A DNA stretch of 64,000 bases from Flaccisagitta enflata (taxonomy: Eukaryota): positions 45,880,001 to 45,944,000 of the forward strand of contig OZ231126.1 in assembly GCA_965153355.1 (NCBI GenBank), written 5' to 3'. Below, piece by piece: positions 56,879 through 64,000 of this stretch. The position numbers and the translations under genes were made by a program. The number at the start of each line of letters is the position of its first letter. Within the stretch, counting starts at the first letter, position 1. The notes beneath the pieces were generated by a model that worked only from the letters and a program-made list of their open reading frames with translations, made no database searches and was not told where the DNA came from.

Positions 56879-57679
56879 TCCTTTATGACCGCCGCCGTCG
56901 CTTGCGGGCGCTCCTCACTTTCTCTCCCTCAAACCATAAAATAAAAGAACAAAAAAAAAAAAGCAGAAGAATAAAAAAAAGTATCTCATCCTAAAATTTC
57001 GCGTTAGAAATCGTCTTCGGTCGCGCGCGGTTATAAATTTGAGAATTTTGATGATATTTTTTCGCGAATGAACGAAGTTTCGCCGCTGCGAGTAAATTTT
57101 TGATGAGATTTTCGCTTTCGCCTCTCAGTTCTTGCTTCTTCTTATTTGTTTTAACGATAGCCGTAAAAATTGGGAGGAAGGGATTGACGCAAATGACTAA
57201 GGGTACGACACAAATGATGAGAAGCACGACATAAACGACGCCGGTGGACCCCTTACATAATTGAAACGATGACAAAAAGCGCAAACACCACCAACACAAA
57301 AAATTATCCATCAAAAACTACCATATCATCCCAACGTAAACATTGACGGATATATCAGAATGTATATGTAGTACACTAACAACATTACACGAACTACATC
57401 AGCGACAAAAAACACATCATGATCAACGACACGGACAACTTGTTAAGGGTAATTCATCACTGATTGACCGACGGACCGGCGAATACAATTAAGTGCCCAA
57501 ATTAGAATTCATTACCATCCTTAAGGCTTTACAACATAACCACTCAAACATAAATTTGAAATTTTCTTCCATCTCGCATGAACATGTTGTTCATTTTGGC
57601 AGCTCCTCTACTTTGCGGGTTTTCTTTCAGATAATCACAACAACAGAAAAAGTGACGAGAAAAACCGCGAAGGAAAGCT

Positions 57680-57771
<92 letters not shown>

Positions 57772-57786
57772 CGCGCCTTCATGTCA

Positions 57787-59122
57787 ACAAGCCGTTCGTG
57801 ATCAGCACCGGATAAAAAAAAACCCTCTAGTCCGCTCCTTCAGCCCCTGGTAGGCCTCTTACACGGCACCTGGATGGTAACGCCAGGCCCAGGGTGAATG
57901 ACTAACCCCGGGATCGTGTCCAGGCTGCTCTCATGGTTAGTACCGACTAATTTCCGCCAAAAAACAAATAATCGTTAGAGCGCGTTTGAAGAAAAGTTGA
58001 GTTTTTTTCCTCTAAAAAGCATTTTTTGTTCAAAGATAGCAAAAATAAAGATAATAATCATTTTTTTTCCACTCTTTTTTACTCAAGTGGTACATTGGTT
58101 TAAAGATTGTAGCCGCATAGTGTGGGGGAAAACGTGCAGATGGATATTGGGGGGTTTAGGACCCCTAGGGGCCCTCTAAGGGGCCCCCAGGGGCTCAAAA
58201 AGGTTAAAATGGCTTAAAAATGCTTCTTTTTCTGCCCTGTCGTACCCCAATTGTACACAAACCTATCTGTCATTTCCATCCAGAGTGGTGGAAGATGTGA
58301 AGATGGATAACGGTGGTTTGAGACCCTTAGGGTCCCTCTAGGGGGCCCACAGGGGCTCAAAAAGGCCATCATAACTCAAAAATGCTTCTTGTTCTGCCCT
58401 GTTGTACTCCAGTGGTACACCAACCTATCAGTCATTTCCATCTAGAGTGGTGGGAGACGTGAAGATGGATAATGGGGGTAAAAGACCCCTAGGGGCCCTC
58501 TAAGGGGCCCCCATGGACTCAAAATGGTCAAAGTGGCTCAAAAATGCTTCTTGTTCTGCTATCATGTACTCCAGTGGTATACCGATCTATCAGTCATTCC
58601 CATCTAGAGTGGTGGGAGATGTGCAGATGTATAATGGGGGTTAAGAACCCCTAGGGGCCCTTAGAGGGCCCCCCAGGGGCTCAAAATGGCCAAAATGGCT
58701 CAAAAATGCTTCTTGTTCTGCCCTGCTGTACCCCAGTGGTACACCGACCTATCAGTCATTCCCATATAAAGTGGTGAGAATGTAAAGATGGATAACGGGG
58801 GTTAAGGACCCCTAGGGGCCCTCTAAGGGGCGGTGGTCTGTGTAGGTTGCTTGAGCGGGATAAAGTGTCGTTAGGGGCTTATTTCCCATCAGGGTGATTT
58901 AGTGTCTGTAGTGGCTTGTGAGTGATAAAGCAATAGGGGCTTTATTTCATCAGGGTAGATTTGGTGGTCTGTGTAGGTGGCTTGAGCGATAGGCGTGTTG
59001 TTAGGCTATTTCCCATCAGGTGGGACGGTGGTTCGTAAGCGGCTTGAGCGGACAGCGTTTAGGGGGCTCATTTCCCATCAGGGTGACGGGGTGGTCTGCA
59101 TGGGTCCAACTGCTCTCAAAAA
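57787..59122 (-). mobile_element. HINE-like composite element with 162-bp tandem repeats (~58080-58830) and shorter degenerate repeats (58830-59100)
   Basis: aaaaatgcttc recurs at 58216, 58378, 58540 and 58702. Minus-strand ends are tttttgagagcag... and ...cggcttgtt. Confidence 0.6.
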
Positions 59123-60087
59123 TCAAACAACGTGACCTCAATGTTAGTCACCTATTGTGTATCACATAATACTTTCACTTTTTTCAAAAGAATCTGAGGA
59201 AAACATATAAATATGGTTTTTCTGAATTTTGTAGTGTTAAAGTGATAACATGAAATTATATGTACAAATTGTCTACTTGCCGCTTTTTGAGTGATCCTCA
59301 AAATGGATATGTAATGAGATTTCATTTTAAAAAAGATTTTTGTACTTTAGTTATATTATCCTATTTTTTAATTTTTGATATTGTTAATCTATAAAATTTC
59401 ATTTTATAGGTCATACTGATATTTATTTTTGAGTCACTCAGACTTTTTTAGTAGAATGAAAGGACTCAAAAATGTATACTTTAATTGCAAAGTATGTAGA
59501 GCGACCTAAACAGAAAGGAATTTAGTACTATTAACAATATGGATTAAAAAATAAGTTTCATGTAACTTTAATAGAATTTTCATTGAAAATAATAATTTTT
59601 TCCCATTTTGAAGATTTCTTAAAAATAGCTCGGTGAATGATTTTGTTTTGGCTAGTTACATGTTATCACACCCCAACACTACACAAACATGCAGAGAAAC
59701 CTACTGTTATGTGATTTTTCAGTCAGATCCTTTTTGAAAGCACAGTGCCTTGTTCAGTTGCCTGAATCCCCACCATGATTTTTAGTCGCGTGCACGCGAC
59801 TCTACACCCCGCTTTGTCCGTCCGTTTGTCCGTCCATCCATCAGTCCGTCTGTCAGTCACACTTTTACTTTTCTTATCAATTTCATTTTCCAAAGTCATT
59901 TTAGGTCATTTAAGGGTATACAAGGTCATTTTAAGTCATTCTAAAGAATGTCTCGCACGCGACATATTATAGATGTCGGCCTTGTTAAATGCATACGGAT
60001 TACTCATGGGATGCATAGTTTGCATACACATCATAATGATAGCTACAACGCGATACTCGTAAATAGAAATAATTTTAATGAACTAAC

Positions 60088-60214
60088 CATCTTTTGCTTC
60101 TCCTCCATAATGTTCTTTTGTCGGGCGACTTCGTTTCTTGGCAGACTCAAATCCTTTTCACTTTTGTCGTAATTTCTCTTAGAATTTTTCAACTCGATTT
60201 TTGCGTGTTCATGC
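60088..60214 (-). CDS. Internal exon of a CIP4/FBP17/Toca-like F-BAR protein
   Basis: ttttag|(R)HEHAKIELKNSKRNYDKSEKDLSLPRNEVARQKNIMEEKQKM|gttagt; 127 nt. It resembles the 'K.D.D.N..(K/R)A.VE(K/R)' turn of CIP4-family F-BAR domains (comparison from memory). Confidence 0.75.
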
Positions 60215-60467
60215 CTAAAATTAAATGAAATGAAAGTAAAATCAAGTGAAATGAAAGTAAAATCAAATGAAATGAAAGTAAAATGTATAAACTCATGAAC
60301 AAACTGTTCCTCAAACTGTCACTGTTATTTCAAGCTGAAAGGAAAATTTTATTTGTTTTTGTTTTTTGTTTTTTGTTCTGCTTTTCTGTTAGTTTTTTTT
60401 CGGGGGGGGGGGGATCAAGAATCATCCCATTCAGAAGAAAACAAATCATACAGCGATGATGCTATAC

Positions 60468-60595
60468 CTGGATCTTTGATCTCTCAAATCTCTTAGTTTC
60501 TTGTCGAGTTCGGTTTTGGTGTTTGTGTAGTCGTTTCCAATCGATTTCAGTTTGGCTTCGCTCTCCTTCTTCCTTGAACCCAGCTTACCGACAAT
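60468..60595 (-). CDS. Internal exon of a CIP4/FBP17/Toca-like F-BAR protein
   Basis: ttag|IVGKLGSRKKESEAKLKSIGNDYTNTKTELDKKLRDLRDQRS(R)|gtatag; 128 nt, phase 0 to 2, phase-compatible with the next exon. Confidence 0.75.
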
Positions 60596-60599
60596 CTAA

Positions 60600-62117
60600 G
60601 GTTAATGTCATGGAAAAGGGTCCGTGGACGGAGTGAAATCCATCAATTTTGAAATGTTGAAAATTGAATAAAAACATATATCATTATGTAGCTGACCTTA
60701 TATCATGTATGAATTGATACTTGAATTTGCTATTATATTTTATATTTTCATAAATTAGCTCTACTCATACTTTTTTTTGCAAACGTACTAATAATAAATT
60801 TAGCTAAAATACAGCCGAAATAGCACCGATATGACAGTCACCCTGGACTTAAATATGTTCACAAATCATGCATGATCATGTTTAAATCTTTTTTAAAAAT
60901 TTGAGTTTTTCAAAAAATCTCTATAAGTACCATTTCTGGCTGGGTGTGTCAGCTGATAGCAAAATTCTTTTTTAGTCGGATATTCACTTGCCAGTGACGA
61001 GGCATCTTTACCCAGAAGCTTCATGCAAAAATTTCAACCAGATATTACAATTATTTCAGTGTTATGCTGGTTTTTACTTTTTTCTTGGCAGGGCTGGTTA
61101 TTTGTCTGGACTTTAAGAATTTTAGACACACCAGAAAAACAGTAAGAACCCTTCAGATCTAGGTAACAAATTCGCTGCAAAAAGTTTTGTTGGGCTAGGT
61201 CAAATAGTTTTTGGATACTTACTTGAATTTTAAGAAATTTTACTAAATTGAGGCTTTAAAGCATCGTGCCTTTGTGTGAGAAGCGCTGTGTGGAAACAAA
61301 GAATTAACTACGAGGCTTTGTCGGCGAGCGTTACAATTCACTCCCTATCTCAGTACTGATCAACTTTGAATTTTCATTGTGACCAAACGAATAAGAGTTA
61401 AGACTTGAAATTTTTGGTGCAGGTACAGAATTTCACCATCTTTCTTATCATGTAGATGAATTTTCCGTTAATCATGCTACTATGCCTTGACAGAGTATGA
61501 ATCAAAGTGTGACACAAGTGTGACACCACCAACAAGGAGCACCTTTGAATTAGAATTCTCTAGGAAAATGTTGATTTCTCCAAAATGATATGGAAAAAAT
61601 CCTTGAAATTTGGAGGAAATGTCACTCAACTAGTTGTTAATGCAATGACAAAAGAAAATATTCTTACTGTTTGAACAATCATAGGCTTACAAAAATAACT
61701 ATCGGCTTATGTCATTTTGAGAAAAAAATGACAGAAAAATGTATGAAGAGTATTATACCTAAAGTCCTTTTTTTTCACCTTCACAGTTATTATTGAGTTC
61801 AAATTTTTGGTTATAATAATGGATGGATAGAGATGGCTTACAATTCATGGGATGATCCCTGCTTGACATTTTTTGATTAGTTAAACTTGCTTTTGCTTAC
61901 AGGATACCGACAGACCAAAAAATATCCTTCTACTCCTGTTTTGGACCCCTTTAGGGCAGTTGCCGGAGCAGTAATTGGTCTGGTATGGCGCACCAGGTAG
62001 TTAGGTATGTCGCGCAACCTTTGTGACCTTACTTAATGCAGCAGCAGGAGTGATGACACTTCTACAATGGTGGAGAGTCAGGGTTTCTTGGGCGGACCCC
62101 GATGCGCGGAATTAACC
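60600..62117. mobile_element. 1.5-kb non-autonomous DNA transposon with bipartite TIR GGTTAAT-N11-GGGTCCG and 4-bp TSD CTAA (Kolobok-like)
   Basis: ctaa|ggttaat-gtcatggaaaa-gggtccg ... cggaccc-cgatgcgcgga-attaacc|ctaa. Confidence 0.8.
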
Positions 62118-64000
62118 CTAAAATGTTTATTGGTAACGAATCACGTTTTAACAAGCAAAAGTTCGCTTGTGACGAAAGGCAGTCCTTTAAAATTCCTTGA
62201 AACGATTTTTAGTTGCGGACACCCAACTCTTTAAGAGGCTTTGTCCGTCAGTTGGTCCGTCTTATCCCTCCGTCATGGTCGAGTTGAAAATGCGAAAAAC
62301 GCGCATTTATGATGCTGCAGTTGTTATCATGTGTATGTGTGAGTGTGTGGTGAGGTGAGGCTGGGGGATGCCCCTGCCCACCGGTCCGCAACGATATTGT
62401 GATCCCGCGTCACTTGTTATCAGTAATTCGTTTTCAAAACTATTTTACAGTTCCTTAGTGGTTCAAGCCACCAACGTATAAGTTGGCAGGGGTGTTTAGG
62501 GTGGTCGGGGTGGAAATAAGGCGTTTAACTCATGGTTTTGTGCAACCGAAACCTGATCTTTGGAAGCCACCCATAATTTCATGGCGCAGCAGCTCGGGAA
62601 ATTACTGAAGGGTTTTTCGCATTGGCATTGCGTCTATCACAAATGTACCTCAATGGCACTGACCCTGTCTTAGTTTACATTTGCATTGCCATTTTTTTTA
62701 TGTCTTTTTATCAAACTCAGCATTCAACAGTAATTCTCACTCTGTCTTAGTTCAGCTGCGCTATCACTTAAATATATCTCGGGCGGCATCGACCTGCTTT
62801 TAATTTGCGTCTATCATGAATGTATCTCGATGGCATCATCTCGATCATTACTGTCATCAACACGAGCCACCAGTCACGCTCTGAACTAACGAATGAAATT
62901 CAATTGACCCCAAAAATAAGCGACAATAATCTGATGAATTTGTTAGGTACCAAATATCCACGATCGCGCAAATATCACACTCGATGCCCTGCCAGAGTGA
63001 TCTCATGATAAGTGATGAGAGAGCTTACCTATGTTTTATACGCCACTTACTGAAGTGGTAGATGAGACGCAAAACGCATTTGGCATAAAAATGAGTTTCC
63101 CCTATTGTTTTTTATATTTTTCTTACTTATAAATAGTTTTATATAAAAACTTAGGACCCATAGTGTGATTTCAGATCATTTAAAATTTTTAATATAAATT
63201 TGTTAACTTCCTATTCACTTATATTTCATAATCAAATTTTATGTAATTTATCACTATTATATTTCATTGTTATTCATATTTCACAAGTTTGATCATTTTT
63301 AACAAAATGAAATAAGATAGACATCAGATTCATGCTTATATCAAGATCGATTATCCTACAAGAAATACAGAAATGAGTTCGAAAGATCAAGGTTCCTCTT
63401 GTTCCATATCTGTTCAAACTCTGACTTTGCACCTGCACACGCCATTTCCTGACTTTTGTGGACCATATGTTTTGGTTAGATCGACTATCTGGTTATACAT
63501 ATGCCCACCGATCCTTTCTTCTATTAACAAGAAAGGATCATAGACCTATAGATGAGACTCAGTGAGCAGGCAACTAAACGACTAATCATTTTTTTCATGA
63601 ATTCGTCCTTTTTGTTCCTGTCTTTAAAGTTGATCTTGGTCTGGGTCTATCTGTCTGTCTGTCTGACTGTCTGTGTGTGTGTGTGTCTCTCTCTCTGCCA
63701 CAATTTGCGCGAGATTTTAGTCGCGGACTAGCGACTCTATAAGAGGCTTTGTCCGTCCGTCGGTCCGTCGGTTGGTCCGTCCGTAGAGGTCATTGAGTTG
63801 AGAAAGTGCGAAAACACGCATTTCCGCCCCTGCCCACCCGTCCGCGACTGGCATTGGCCGTATATCCGGCCTTGTTTTCTTCTCTCTCTCCCTGTAACAA
63901 AACGGAGATAGCATGACGATGGCCATGCTCTCAATAATCCTAATCCATAACTAGAAAATATTAACAAAACTTCTATTTTCTTTTATAATATGGACAAAAA

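Noticed and set aside
56991-57314. 107-aa minus-strand ORF with a hydrophobic stretch
   Set aside because: No recognisable motif and no convincing splice sites or partner exons.
63432-63488. Candidate upstream F-BAR exon (IVDLTKTYGPQKSG...)
   Set aside because: Only a short, chance-level resemblance, weak splice sites, and a phase not compatible with the exon at 60595 without another unseen exon.

Overview
Repeat-dense eukaryotic DNA, most likely from an arthropod (group-7 allergen-family gene, TATA plus TCAGT initiator). Almost all long ORFs in the supplied track are microsatellite or satellite artefacts. Manual splicing recovers three complete intron-containing genes. Two are tandem + strand paralogs (8451-16625 and 24179-26653) encoding secreted ~330-aa proteins with an uncharacterised N-terminal beta-rich domain and a C-terminal F-type lectin domain. 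The third is a - strand 5-exon gene (48118-44663) for a secreted 230-aa Der p 7/group-7 allergen-like (TULIP) protein. Two - strand exons (60595-60088) encode part of a divergent CIP4/FBP17-type F-BAR domain. The rest is a CR1-like LINE endonuclease relic, a Cys-rich (CXC) ORF with a possible Academ-type end, many MITEs with readable target-site duplications (TSDs), and at least four families of Helentron/DINE-1-like elements (HINEs) carrying tandem arrays. The most notable structures are a transposon whose 4-bp TSD duplicated a splice acceptor, two hAT-type MITEs with apparently crossed TSDs inside a 6.6-kb nested intron, and divergent fucose-binding motifs in the two lectin paralogs. All assignments are by eye; no searches were run.
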